Sequence record: SRR31156797_7258
Direction: 5' to 3' (one strand)
DNA: 45,929 nt
The notes beneath the pieces are model-generated. The model was not told the origin of the DNA and ran no database searches. It saw nothing but the letters and a program-made list of their open reading frames with translations. Numbering within the stretch: the stretch's first letter is position 1; the number at the start of each line of letters is the position of its first letter. Of this stretch, positions 36,789 to 45,929 are shown in pieces. The position numbers and the translations under genes are program-made.

Positions 36789-37895
36789 TTATATCACTTT
36801 CTTCACACCCGGAAATTGTTTTAAAACCCAGGCAAAAATGAAACAAATACAAAGAGCTAAAGGAGCCAGAATTACAAATTTTAAAAGTTGGTTAATATCC
36901 CATCCCACAAAAATTGCAGCAATACCCACAATTACAGGTGAATGAAGAATGTAAACCCCATAAGCACTTTCAGATAGTTGCTTTGCAATAATCCCTTGCG
37001 TATTAAAATATTTTTTCGATATTCCAAATAACCCGATAATCATAGCAAATCCTACAAGCTGTTCCCAAATTGCCCAGGATAAACTTTGCCATGTCCCACC
37101 ACCGACAAAAGCTTCCATGCCTTTTTCTTTTCCGCCAAAGTACAGCAAAAAAGGAAGTACAATCAAAATCATTATTTGTGCAAAAATGAACCACCGCATC
37201 CCGGTTTTGAAACTTATGGCATCTAGCCAGTTATTGTTGAAAGCGATAACGCCAAAAATGAGCATAAAGATGTATTGAGCAAAAAACGGAAATTGCAAAC
37301 CCGTATGTGGTAAGCTCCATCCTACGGGTAGCCAGAATCGAATAACGTACTGAATTAATCCAATAAACAAAGCGCTAAATACAATCACCTTTGTCCCCGG
37401 AAAGTTGATTCGTATTTTCCATTTCAGATTTCTAAGCAGCAGGAATAATAGTGTGAAAATCAATAGGGTTTCTACGAACCACATGGGGCCAAATCCCCAG
37501 GCTTTTGGGTTAACCAGAAAATCCAGAAAACCAAGAGGTTCATGTTTTATATAATGATAGTGAATGAAGTTGGTTAACGGATTTAAAACGAAATAAAAGA
37601 CCAGCAAAGGAATTCCAAGGCGTATTAACCGGTCTTTTACAAATTTACCCGTCGATTTTCTTCTAATTGAAGCCACGGTAAAAAAAGCTGAAATGAAAAA
37701 AAACAATCCCATAAAAAATGCCTGGTTTGTAATATTAAACATAGCCTGTAATATTATTTCGGGCATTTCGGCACTCGATTCGTTATAATACCAATCTCCG
37801 GGAGCACCATAAGTAATATTCAGGTGCAGCAGTACGACCAAACTGATGAGAAAAATGCGAAGGTTATCGATGTAATATAATCTTGATGTTGCCAT
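36789..37895 (-). CDS. Acyltransferase family 3 (MdoC/OpgC-like membrane acyltransferase)
   Basis: RLYYIDNLR...LVVLLH, FFMGLFFFIS, RL.RLG.P and YILH; about 10 TM helices. Confidence 0.92.
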   Translation of the reverse strand: MATSRLYYIDNLRIFLISLVVLLHLNITYGAPGDWYYNESSAEMPEIILQAMFNITNQAFFMGLFFFISAFFTVASIRRKSTGKFVKDRLIRLGIPLLVFYFVLNPLTNFIHYHYIKHEPLGFLDFLVNPKAWGFGPMWFVETLLIFTLLFLLLRNLKWKIRINFPGTKVIVFSALFIGLIQYVIRFWLPVGWSLPHTGLQFPFFAQYIFMLIFGVIAFNNNWLDAISFKTGMRWFIFAQIMILIVLPFLLYFGGKEKGMEAFVGGGTWQSLSWAIWEQLVGFAMIIGLFGISKKYFNTQGIIAKQLSESAYGVYILHSPVIVGIAAIFVGWDINQLLKFVILAPLALCICFIFAWVLKQFPGVKKVI

Positions 37896-37984
37896 GGTTC
37901 TGTAATTAGTGTTGTTAAAAAATGATTTTTTTTGAAAAGTTTAAATTTCATATTATCGAGCTTTCAATTTCAAATCCAGGTTTT

Positions 37985-38056
37985 TTAGTACTCAATTCCA
38001 GCACTATTTTCAGGATTAAGCTAAATGGATTTCTTGTAATATTCAATTGCCTTTTC
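37985..38056 (-). pseudogene. 3' stub of a TPR-terminated gene
   Basis: Translates EKAIEYYKKSI*LNPENSAGIEY*, a classic C-terminal TPR helix pair with an internal stop. Confidence 0.6.
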
Positions 38057-38122
38057 TTATTCATTATGAAAGTCTTTCATCACTTATTATTAATTTGATT
38101 TTTATGTCCCATTAAACTTTTG

Positions 38123-39421
38123 TTATTTTGGACTATTATCAAATGTTTGTAATATTAACTTTCTCATTTTATGGATTGATTCTTTACTAATGTTGTTTTC
38201 ATTAAAGCATATTGAAAAATGAAGTTGATTATTGAATGTCAGAATGCTAATATATTTCTCCATTGCTTCTGAAACCGCAAAGGGACCGAATAACTCTTTT
38301 AACTTAATCTTTCCCGAATCATCACTTTGTTTTATTAGTCCTAAATTGGCAATAGTAAATGTTGCATAATTTTTATACATCCCCGCTTTTTTTATAATTT
38401 TTTGAGCTAGTTTATCTTCTCTTTTTCCGAATAAATTTAGCATTACCATATCTAATAATTTTGGACTAAACAAATCTACCACTTGACTTTTTAAAATGTC
38501 TTTTTCTAAAAGTCGCTTGATTTTTTTATTGGATATTTGTGCGTTCTCCCAGAACGTTTTTTCTTCGCTGTATTCGAGATCGGGCTTCAGGGTTGAAACA
38601 TAATACCCTAAGTTTTCACCCGGTTGATTTTTAAGATAAGTTCTTAGATTGTCGGTAATTATTACTTTGCTTGAGTTGTCTTTTTTCCCAAACACTTGAT
38701 TTTCTGCACATAAAAAGGCAGCCACCAGTCCTGAATTTACTGAAACATTATTTTGTTTGCACTTTGAAATAACATTTGCTGTTTCTTCTTTTGAGCATTT
38801 AAATTGAATAGTTTGAGGTTGGTATCCCTTCCAATATTCCGTATGCAGTTCCTTAGATAATTGATTTGAAAAACTAACTGTCTCTTTGCTGCACTTTTTA
38901 TTCATTAAACCAATGAAAAATTTAGAAATTGGATTGCCCACCTTTTGCGGAATATTTTCCAGCTCGAGAAAAACAGGCATCTTTTGTTCTATCTTGATTT
39001 TCTCTCCCGCTAAAATTTTCGCTATATCTTTAAAAAGATATACCAGAGACTTTCCGTCACAAATAGCATGATGGCAGTTTATTATCAGACTATTTGGGTT
39101 TAACAGGGTGAACCTGATTAAGGGGCCTTTTTCAAGACCAAACCGATGTTTAAGTTCGTTTACTACTATCTCATTTATGTCTTTGGACTTTGACGTAATA
39201 ATTTCGGGAGATAATTTTTGGTCAATTACATAATATGCCTTGTTTTCCTTTTCAGTTTCAATGCGGCAATCCAAAAGTTTGTGCTTATCAGATAACAAAA
39301 GAACTGCTTTTTTTAATGCATCTTTTGAAATAGCAGTTTCAAAAACACCAAACATCACCACATTTGCATGGTTTGATCTTATTAGAAACCTTGGTCCGCC
39401 TAGTATTTCTTTTCTAAACAT
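38123..39421 (-). CDS. Stand-alone condensation-domain/CoA-dependent acyltransferase (PapA5/alcohol acetyltransferase-like)
   Basis: GPLIRF, HHAICDG (HHxxxDG), DNLR, G.YVS and ANLG. Confidence 0.88.
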   Translation of the reverse strand: MFRKEILGGPRFLIRSNHANVVMFGVFETAISKDALKKAVLLLSDKHKLLDCRIETEKENKAYYVIDQKLSPEIITSKSKDINEIVVNELKHRFGLEKGPLIRFTLLNPNSLIINCHHAICDGKSLVYLFKDIAKILAGEKIKIEQKMPVFLELENIPQKVGNPISKFFIGLMNKKCSKETVSFSNQLSKELHTEYWKGYQPQTIQFKCSKEETANVISKCKQNNVSVNSGLVAAFLCAENQVFGKKDNSSKVIITDNLRTYLKNQPGENLGYYVSTLKPDLEYSEEKTFWENAQISNKKIKRLLEKDILKSQVVDLFSPKLLDMVMLNLFGKREDKLAQKIIKKAGMYKNYATFTIANLGLIKQSDDSGKIKLKELFGPFAVSEAMEKYISILTFNNQLHFSICFNENNISKESIHKMRKLILQTFDNSPK

Positions 39422-39509
39422 AGCTTTGCTCTCCTTATCATTAAATTAGTTTATTGTCAAATATTTGATTTTTGATACTGATTTTTTAAGATGTTGTGAA
39501 ATTCTATGT

Positions 39510-39569
39510 CAAAAGTACGGGTTGATTGTAGACGAGACATCACCCTCGAGGGTGATTTTTAAGGGTGAT
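39510..39569 (-). promoter_or_regulatory. Second copy of the triple-box operator and promoter
   Basis: ATCACCC(39539-39545)-N4-GGGTGAT(39550-39556)-N6-GGGTGAT(39563-39569); perfect -7 box TACTTTTG (39510-39517) 21 bp away. Confidence 0.8.
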
Positions 39570-39596
39570 TTGGAGTATTGCGATGCTATAAATTAT

Positions 39597-39840
39597 AATG
39601 GGGTATCCGATCGACACCCGTTTAGTAATACTTGGTGCAGAGCACCTAAATATTTGTAGCAAATGCGTGAATTATTACCGAAGGTGCAGCGCACCGTAAC
39701 CTAAAAACAAGATATGTTGCGGTGCGCTGCACCTTTTGTTCTGCCTTTGCATTTTTAGCTACAAATATTACGCAGCTCTGCTGCTATTTTAACATGTTTA
39801 TTTAACAAATTAATCACGGGCAATGATCGGATACCCCATT
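39597..39840. mobile_element. 244-bp MITE with 16-bp perfect TIRs, 8-bp target duplication and internal REP-like nested hairpins
   Basis: TIR AATGGGGTATCCGATC (39597-39612 / 39825-39840); TAAATTAT duplicated at 39589-39596 and 39841-39848; internal inverted repeats 39649-39660/39758-39769 and 39681-39700/39716-39735. Confidence 0.85.
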
Positions 39841-39855
39841 TAAATTATTTAAGAA

Positions 39856-40634
39856 TCAGATGATCCCGAGTTCTTTTGCCTCTTTCACAGCTTTTATCCG
39901 ACTATCGGATTCCTGTTTGAGGTTATATTTTTGAGATGGGTTTTTACCGTATTCAAAGAAATAAACAATTCATCGGCAATTTGCTGGCTGGAATAGTTTT
40001 CGGCAATTAACATTATAACTCCAAATTCCCTGCTACTCAGTCCTGCTTATGATTGTTCTTCATTATTATTGTCTGTTGATAATGCTCTGTCTATTTTATT
40101 TATATACTCTTTGGAAACAGCAATCTTCGATTTTATAAATCCAAATTTTTTATCTCTTTGCAGACTTTTTGTGAGCTTCTCAATCACAGGTCCTTCATCG
40201 ACGAAGGTTCTGATGTAATCTCCGGTTTCAGCAAATGAGAAAGCCTCATATAACAATTCTTTGGCAGACTCAGTTTCGCCTGCCTGCTATTTCTACTGAG
40301 CTTTCAGAACAAGTATTTCAATCAGTGTGTTGATTCTGCCGTTCTTTTCCGCTTCTGTTTCCAAATTTGAGAGAATTGCTTCAGCATCCTTAAATCTTCC
40401 TAGCACAACGTACCCCCTTGCTGCTGCAAGATGTTTGTTTTCGTTTATGTAGTTGAATTAAATATCTTTCTGGTTTTCATACTTTATTAACCATTGTTCT
40501 ACATCATCAAATTGTTTTTGAGAAATCGATATTCTAACTTTCCATACATCTATTTGGTTTTTGTTATACTTTGTATTTCCATGGCCAGAACTTTCATTCT
40601 GAATTTTGTCCTTAAGCCATGATGAGTAATTGGA
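39856..40634 (-). pseudogene. 3' remnant of a second MalT-like LuxR regulator
   Basis: Reads ...LIEILVLKAQ*K*...YIRTFVDEG...*AGLSSRE...QQIADELFISLNTVKTHLKNI/NLK...AKELGII*; stops at 40458, 40293, 40287 and 40047; 1-bp deletion near 39925. Confidence 0.9.
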
Positions 40635-41330
40635 CTAACGAACCAGCTTATTGATAATGCCTTTGTAAGTTTTACTTATTGGGATCACCTCATCCCCAAT
40701 AAAAATCCTTTGCCTTTCAATACTGTCGATCATGCCAATCGAAACGATGAAGGATTTATGCACCCGGGCAAACCGGTTTTGAGGAAGTATTTCCTCCAAC
40801 TCCCGCAGGTTTATCAGCGTCATAATGCGCTCCTGTGTGGTATGAATGCGCACATATTCGCTCATGCCTTCAATAAACAGAATATCCTTATAATCAACAC
40901 GCTGGAGCCGGTATTCTGTTTTAACAAATATGTATTCCCTTTTCATTTCCGGATGGTCAGGTGTACTATTTTGCTGATGCAGATCGAACACCTTATCTAC
41001 GGCTTGTAGAAAACGTTCAAAGGCAATGGGTTTTAAAAGGTAATCGGTTACGTTGAGATTAAAAGCTTCAATGGCATACTGATCATAAGCTGTGGTGAGA
41101 ATGATTTTTGGGCGGGTAGAAAGTGATTTTATAAACTGCAAGCCAGTAAAATCTTCCATTTCAATATCCAGAAAAATCAAATCCACATGATTTGATTTAA
41201 TGAAATTGATGGGTTCTATGGCATTATCGAAACTGGCCAGGTTCTTTAAAAAGGGCACCCGCGAAATATATTCCTCCATCTGCCTGATGGCCGGATGTTC
41301 ATCGTCTATTACAATGCAACTAATGCTCAT
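40635..41330 (-). CDS. LytTR family response regulator
   Basis: IVIDDE, FLDIEM, TTAY, YLLKP and RVHKSFIV. Confidence 0.96.
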   Translation of the reverse strand: MSISCIVIDDEHPAIRQMEEYISRVPFLKNLASFDNAIEPINFIKSNHVDLIFLDIEMEDFTGLQFIKSLSTRPKIILTTAYDQYAIEAFNLNVTDYLLKPIAFERFLQAVDKVFDLHQQNSTPDHPEMKREYIFVKTEYRLQRVDYKDILFIEGMSEYVRIHTTQERIMTLINLRELEEILPQNRFARVHKSFIVSIGMIDSIERQRIFIGDEVIPISKTYKGIINKLVR

Positions 41331-41334
41331 AGGT

Positions 41335-42369
41335 TTAATTTTTCAATATGCCAACCTGCAAATTTACATGATATTCATTTTCATTATCGGTAATATCCAG
41401 CATATAATTTCCCTGGTATGCCAGTTCTAATCTACGTTTAACATTTTCAATTCCTATACCCCTTGCTACAGATTTTTCTGTTTCGGTAACTTTTCGCTTC
41501 ATGTTTTTGCAGCTAAAATTAACCTGATCTGCATTACAACTTATCCGGATCGAAATTTGAGATTCGTCGCTTTTTTTACCATGTTTAAAGGCGTTCTCCA
41601 CAAAAGGGATGAACAGCATAGGAATTACAAACATATTCACAGGGATTTGCCCAACCCTGTAGTCGATAAAATCCCGGTTGTCATAGCGAATTCTTTGCAG
41701 CTCGAGATAATTATTCAGGTATTCTATTTCCTTTGTTAACAACACTTTCTCATCCCGCGTTTCGTAAAGCATGTAGCGCATAATCTCCGAAAGCTTTATA
41801 ATGGAATATGACGATTTGTGAGGTTCATTAATGGAAAACGAATGGATGTTGTTGAGTGTATTGAACAAAAAGTGCGGATTTATCTGAGACCGCAGCAATG
41901 ACAATTCTGTTTTGATATTTTGTTTCTCCAGTTCACGTTGTCCTTCACGCTGATGAAACCAGTCGATGGCCATTCTGATGATCACCCCATAAAAACCATA
42001 CAGGAATGTATGTCCCATGCTTGAGAAATAAATCGCAGGTAACGTTTCTGCATCTGTTCCGTTCAAATAATAAACCAGAACCCACATAAAGCTATAGCCA
42101 ACCAACCATATTATTGTAAGCACAATCATAAGCCGTAGTTTTTCGCGCTTGAAAAACCTGGGTGCAAACCAAAAATAAAACAGGCTAAATGTTACAATGT
42201 CCAGCGGATAGGTTATGATTACCGGATTTAATATCCGCGAAAAGGGTATCTCTGAAAGTCGGTAAATGTTTCGGATAATGTGCACAAAAAATTGAAACAC
42301 CCAAAACAATACGGGTGTCCATACTTTGATCCGGTTCTGTGAAACTGTCATGACGATAAAGCTACGCAT
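41335..42369 (-). CDS. LytS-type sensor histidine kinase
   Basis: 4 TM helices; LRSQINPHFLFNTLNNI, ENAFKHG and GIGIENVKRRL. Confidence 0.96.
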   Translation of the reverse strand: MRSFIVMTVSQNRIKVWTPVLFWVFQFFVHIIRNIYRLSEIPFSRILNPVIITYPLDIVTFSLFYFWFAPRFFKREKLRLMIVLTIIWLVGYSFMWVLVYYLNGTDAETLPAIYFSSMGHTFLYGFYGVIIRMAIDWFHQREGQRELEKQNIKTELSLLRSQINPHFLFNTLNNIHSFSINEPHKSSYSIIKLSEIMRYMLYETRDEKVLLTKEIEYLNNYLELQRIRYDNRDFIDYRVGQIPVNMFVIPMLFIPFVENAFKHGKKSDESQISIRISCNADQVNFSCKNMKRKVTETEKSVARGIGIENVKRRLELAYQGNYMLDITDNENEYHVNLQVGILKN

Positions 42370-42543
42370 TATCTGTGGATTGAAACCCTCTTAAATCAGT
42401 TAACACACCTTTTTTATCTGTCTAAGAAAGCAATATTTAAGCAAACCACAGAAAATCAATTTACAGATAGGATTATCAAACTGGCTGATTTGATTTTGTT
42501 TCAACTAGTTATGTGATGACTTTTACCCTAAAATTAGTTGAAT

Positions 42544-44901
42544 ATGAAGACATACAGTTTAATCATGTTATTGCTGGCAATTCAAATCACAACGCTTGGC
42601 CAGAACGATCACAAAATAAAAGGAAGGGTTGTGAACTCAATTACTGGAGAACCACTTCCCTATGCTACTTTAAACCTAAAACAGGAGAATGCGAATTTTG
42701 AAGCCAACGAAATTACCGACGACAAAGGAAAATTCAGGTTTTCTGACATTCCGGATGGCAGGTTTAAATTGCTTATACATTTTGTGGGATTTGAGGTAAA
42801 CACAGTTGACGTGGATGTTTCGTCAGATGGCACAACAGATTTGGGGAAGCTGTTGTTAACCCCTTCAATCAGTCAATTAGACGGACCCACAATTACTGCC
42901 GAACAGCAGGAGGTAAATTTCAGGGTGGATAAACAGGTTGTGAACGTGAGCGGGCAACTGGCCGCATCGGGAGGAACTGCCGCTGATGCTTTACAGGTAG
43001 TTCCATCCATTCAGGTTGATGCTGCCGGAAATGTCCTGCTTCGCGGTAGTGCTGACTTTATGCTGCTGGTAGATGGAAGGCCCTCTGTTATCCAGGCTGA
43101 GGACTTACTAAGTCAAATGCAGGCTGCATCAATCCAACGCATCGAAATCGTCACAAATCCTTCTGTAAAATATGAGGCTGAAGGAAATACCGGAATCATC
43201 AACATCATCACCAAAAAAGATTACCTGAAAGGCACCGAAGCCATGACAAACCTCATGTGGGCCAATGGCGATAAATACGCTGCCGATGTCATGATCAACA
43301 AACGCATGGGAAAGTTCAGATCATACCTGGGGTATAAAATTTCAGATAAAACCAAGGTTAACGAGAGCATTACCCAACGAGAAATTTATGGTAATGACAC
43401 ACACAAGGAGACTTTTGATTCTGAGCGCAAAATTCGCCGCTATGTTTCGGAAATCAACCTGGGTACAGATTATTTTGCCACAGAGAACACAACCATCACC
43501 TTAAACGGCCAGATAGGCGAATGGAAATTTGACCGTATCATTCCATCAACCTACAGTTCAACAAATAGCGCGGAGCAAATTAGTGCTACAGAAACCTATT
43601 GTAATGGTGACAGGTATTTGAATACGGGTTTAAATATTGACCACAAACTCGCAAAGGAAGGTAATGAGCTTGTTTTTGATGCTTACCTGAATTTCATCGA
43701 CAACACCTCCAACACAGGATACCGGGAAAATAATGCTACCGATCAATATAACATCAACAATAATGCTGACAAATTACAAGGTAGAGCAAAACTCGATTAT
43801 ACGGGTGTTTTAAGTGAAAAAACGACCATTGAAACAGGAGCATTTTTCGATTTTCAAAACTCCGACTATAAATATCTGGCCTTCGAAAGCAGCGATCCGG
43901 ATGGGGGAAATGACAATGCCACTTCCATTCAAATGCAATACACCAATTTGATTCCGGCAGCTTATGCCTTGCTCACATCAAAAATCGGCTCGGTCAATAT
44001 CAAAGCCGGACTCCGGGGGGAAGCCACTATCAGGGAACTCGTAACAAATGACGAACCAAATGATCATGAAAGCATCGATTTTTTTCCAAGTCTACATCTT
44101 TCCACAACATTAAAGGAAAAGCATACGCTTTCGCTAGGGTTTAGCCGGCGCATAAACCGACCAAGTGAGTGGCAGTTGAGCCCATTGGTATATTCCGCTG
44201 ACAGGCTCACCAGCCGAATGGGCAACCCTGATCTTTTGCCGGAATTCACCAACGCCATTGAATTAGGTCATTACTACAGAAACGAAAAATGGAATTTCAA
44301 TACCCAGTTCTTTTACAGAGACATTCACAATGCCATAGCTTCATACACCCTGAATGATAACGGATCATTTATCGAGACTTACGACAACCTGGAATCATCC
44401 ACAAATGCAGGTACTGAATTTATGTTTAGTTATAGCCCGGTAAAGTGGCTTCAGCTCAGGGCAATGGCTGCAGCCTACTACTCAAAGTGGAAGGGCAGCC
44501 TGAGTGATGGCAACCAACTTGAAAATTCAGCTTTCGTGATGAATGGAAATTTTACATCAACCTTTATTGCGGCCAAAAATACACGCGTGCAATTCCTGGC
44601 CGTATATTATGCCCCATCAGCAACACAACAGGGAAACATCGAAGACTTTTACTACTTCGATTTCATCGTGAGGCAACAATTTCTTGACAAGAAACTGAAC
44701 CTAACACTGCGAACGCACAACACCTTTGACACGGGATTGCTTACATATACTGAAAAAGGGACAGGTTTTTTCTCGGAAACCAACTACCGCTATGAAGGGC
44801 CAACATTCATTATAAGTTTGAGTTACAAGCTGAACAATTTCCGTAAACACCAAAACAACATCAGCCCAAATCCGGATTTCGACAGTGGTCTGGATCATTA
44901 A
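42544..44901 (+). CDS. TonB-dependent outer-membrane receptor (carboxypeptidase-regulatory N-domain, plug and barrel)
   Basis: Signal peptide, GRVV...GEPLPYAT, plug IQRIEIVTNPS.KY.AEG..GIINI, RRINRP and GNP.L.PE; start MKTYSL. Confidence 0.93.
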   Translation: MKTYSLIMLLLAIQITTLGQNDHKIKGRVVNSITGEPLPYATLNLKQENANFEANEITDDKGKFRFSDIPDGRFKLLIHFVGFEVNTVDVDVSSDGTTDLGKLLLTPSISQLDGPTITAEQQEVNFRVDKQVVNVSGQLAASGGTAADALQVVPSIQVDAAGNVLLRGSADFMLLVDGRPSVIQAEDLLSQMQAASIQRIEIVTNPSVKYEAEGNTGIINIITKKDYLKGTEAMTNLMWANGDKYAADVMINKRMGKFRSYLGYKISDKTKVNESITQREIYGNDTHKETFDSERKIRRYVSEINLGTDYFATENTTITLNGQIGEWKFDRIIPSTYSSTNSAEQISATETYCNGDRYLNTGLNIDHKLAKEGNELVFDAYLNFIDNTSNTGYRENNATDQYNINNNADKLQGRAKLDYTGVLSEKTTIETGAFFDFQNSDYKYLAFESSDPDGGNDNATSIQMQYTNLIPAAYALLTSKIGSVNIKAGLRGEATIRELVTNDEPNDHESIDFFPSLHLSTTLKEKHTLSLGFSRRINRPSEWQLSPLVYSADRLTSRMGNPDLLPEFTNAIELGHYYRNEKWNFNTQFFYRDIHNAIASYTLNDNGSFIETYDNLESSTNAGTEFMFSYSPVKWLQLRAMAAAYYSKWKGSLSDGNQLENSAFVMNGNFTSTFIAAKNTRVQFLAVYYAPSATQQGNIEDFYYFDFIVRQQFLDKKLNLTLRTHNTFDTGLLTYTEKGTGFFSETNYRYEGPTFIISLSYKLNNFRKHQNNISPNPDFDSGLDH

Positions 44902-45241
44902 TCAGCTCGATTGCATTGCCGGATGATCAACAAATTTTAATCGTCTTTATGTTTTGACGGGATCGCACATATCATTTTAAGTTAAATATGGAACGGAAAA
45001 CTAATAAATCAAAACAGTGAAATTATAATCAGAGATCGCAATTTAATGATTGAAATCAGATTTTTATCCAATCAATTTATGGTTCTATCTTCCGGTAAAT
45101 TAAATTATCAAACCATATACTGATCTGTTATGGCAGTTTCAACGAAATAAGTGGATATTTAAATGTGATTTGCTGATCAGGTTTGATTTTGTTTTTGAGC
45201 CAAACCAATGTAGATAATTCAACCATAAAAGCACAAAAAAA

Positions 45242-45838
45242 ATGAAAACAAAGATTGTTCAAGCTGTAGTAATCGTCTTGATAACAGGCATCACTGGTAT
45301 ATGCCTGGATATCAAAAAACCAAAGTCATCAACGATTATGTTCGATCTGAAAAATGCTGAAAATACTTTACTTCATTTATACTCGCCCGAGGTTTCGAGA
45401 AAGTTTTTGGTTCAGAAGAATAACTTCGAAATAAAATTTGAGCATACCTCACCCAACTATTTTAATTGTGTTTTAAATAATGATTCACTTCAATTGTATT
45501 TAATTCCGGGGGATTCAATAAAAATCTTCGCTAACCTGGAACACTTTTATGAGTCGCTGGAAATCTTTGGATCAGAGGCATGCAGCTATTTACTGAATAA
45601 TGAATTAGCCGGATTAAAAGAAATAACGAAATACCAGTTGAATTTACTGGAAAACACAATTAAGGACAAGAAAAAATTTCATGATTTTATTTCAGCGGAA
45701 TACAACAGGATTTTACGTAATCATATAGAACGCAACATGCTTCAAAATGAGGTTACTCAAAATCAAAACAAACCATGGAAATATTATAGCTTATACTTAG
45801 ACATCCACCTGAAAACATCGGTTCACACGGTTTTATGA
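45242..45838 (+). CDS. Hypothetical secreted protein resembling the N-terminal domain of Bacteroidota TlpA/redoxin proteins; possibly truncated
   Basis: Signal peptide-like N-terminus and LYLIPGDSIKI motif; no CxxC thioredoxin domain follows. Confidence 0.55.
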   Translation: MKTKIVQAVVIVLITGITGICLDIKKPKSSTIMFDLKNAENTLLHLYSPEVSRKFLVQKNNFEIKFEHTSPNYFNCVLNNDSLQLYLIPGDSIKIFANLEHFYESLEIFGSEACSYLLNNELAGLKEITKYQLNLLENTIKDKKKFHDFISAEYNRILRNHIERNMLQNEVTQNQNKPWKYYSLYLDIHLKTSVHTVL

Positions 45839-45929
45839 CTATTGGTTGAATAAAACTGGAGGTTCTAATATAAAATAATGTGGTTGGTTTATAGCAATCT
45901 TCTCATTTGGCATTTTATTGAACAGATGT

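Noticed and set aside
39465-39659. 64-aa plus-strand ORF
   Set aside because: It runs across the operator and the MITE end, so it is a chance ORF.
39634-39785. CRISPR-like repeats in the GGTGCAGCGCACC region
   Set aside because: The units are in inverted, nested orientation without regular spacers, and no cas genes are present; REP/MITE structure explains them better.
40047-40295. Stop-codon readthrough or alternative genetic code in the second MalT-like gene
   Set aside because: The stops are mixed TAA and TAG, with a frameshift and 5' truncation, and TAG terminates normal genes elsewhere in the window; this is ordinary pseudogenisation.
363-44898. Numerous 60-130 aa ORFs antisense to or overlapping the called genes (e.g. 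667-1041, 2571-2804, 15878-16258, 22506-22868, 28165-28479)
   Set aside because: They are shadows of well-supported genes and carry no recognisable motifs.
16566-45929. Classical tRNA-integrated genomic island or prophage at tRNA-Arg
   Set aside because: I found no integrase, no phage or conjugation genes and no duplicated tRNA 3' end (att) in the window. The tract is accessory-like, but its boundaries and mechanism cannot be shown.

Overview
Chromosomal window from an AT-rich Bacteroidota bacterium, probably Bacteroidales: it has TAnnTTTG -7 promoter boxes, an OmpA with TSP3 repeats, a LytS/LytTR pair and a TonB-type barrel. The left part (1-16.7 kb) is core-like. It holds the 3' end of a tRNA-Ser, htpG, a TPM protein, an 8-gene PspA/polyamine/K+-channel operon, GYD and FRG genes, ompA, a thiamine-binding/PnuC/NadR-like/GT4/flippase cluster and tRNA-Arg(TCT). 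After the tRNA comes a ~25 kb accessory tract that is entirely on the minus strand. It is built from two homologous modules, each a MalT-like STAND-LuxR regulator followed by a conserved triple-box operator (ATCACCC-N6-ATCACCC-N4-GGGTGAT) placed 21 bp from a -7 box, then cargo genes. The intact module precedes about 22 tightly packed genes (hydrolases, transferases, reductases, DUF4386, barrels) mixed with gene stubs and one chimeric gene. The second regulator is a pseudogene, and a 244-bp MITE carrying nested REP-like hairpins sits between it and its operator. The window ends with a LytS/LytTR pair, a TonB-dependent receptor and a hypothetical gene. All calls come from motif recognition by eye; no searches were run.
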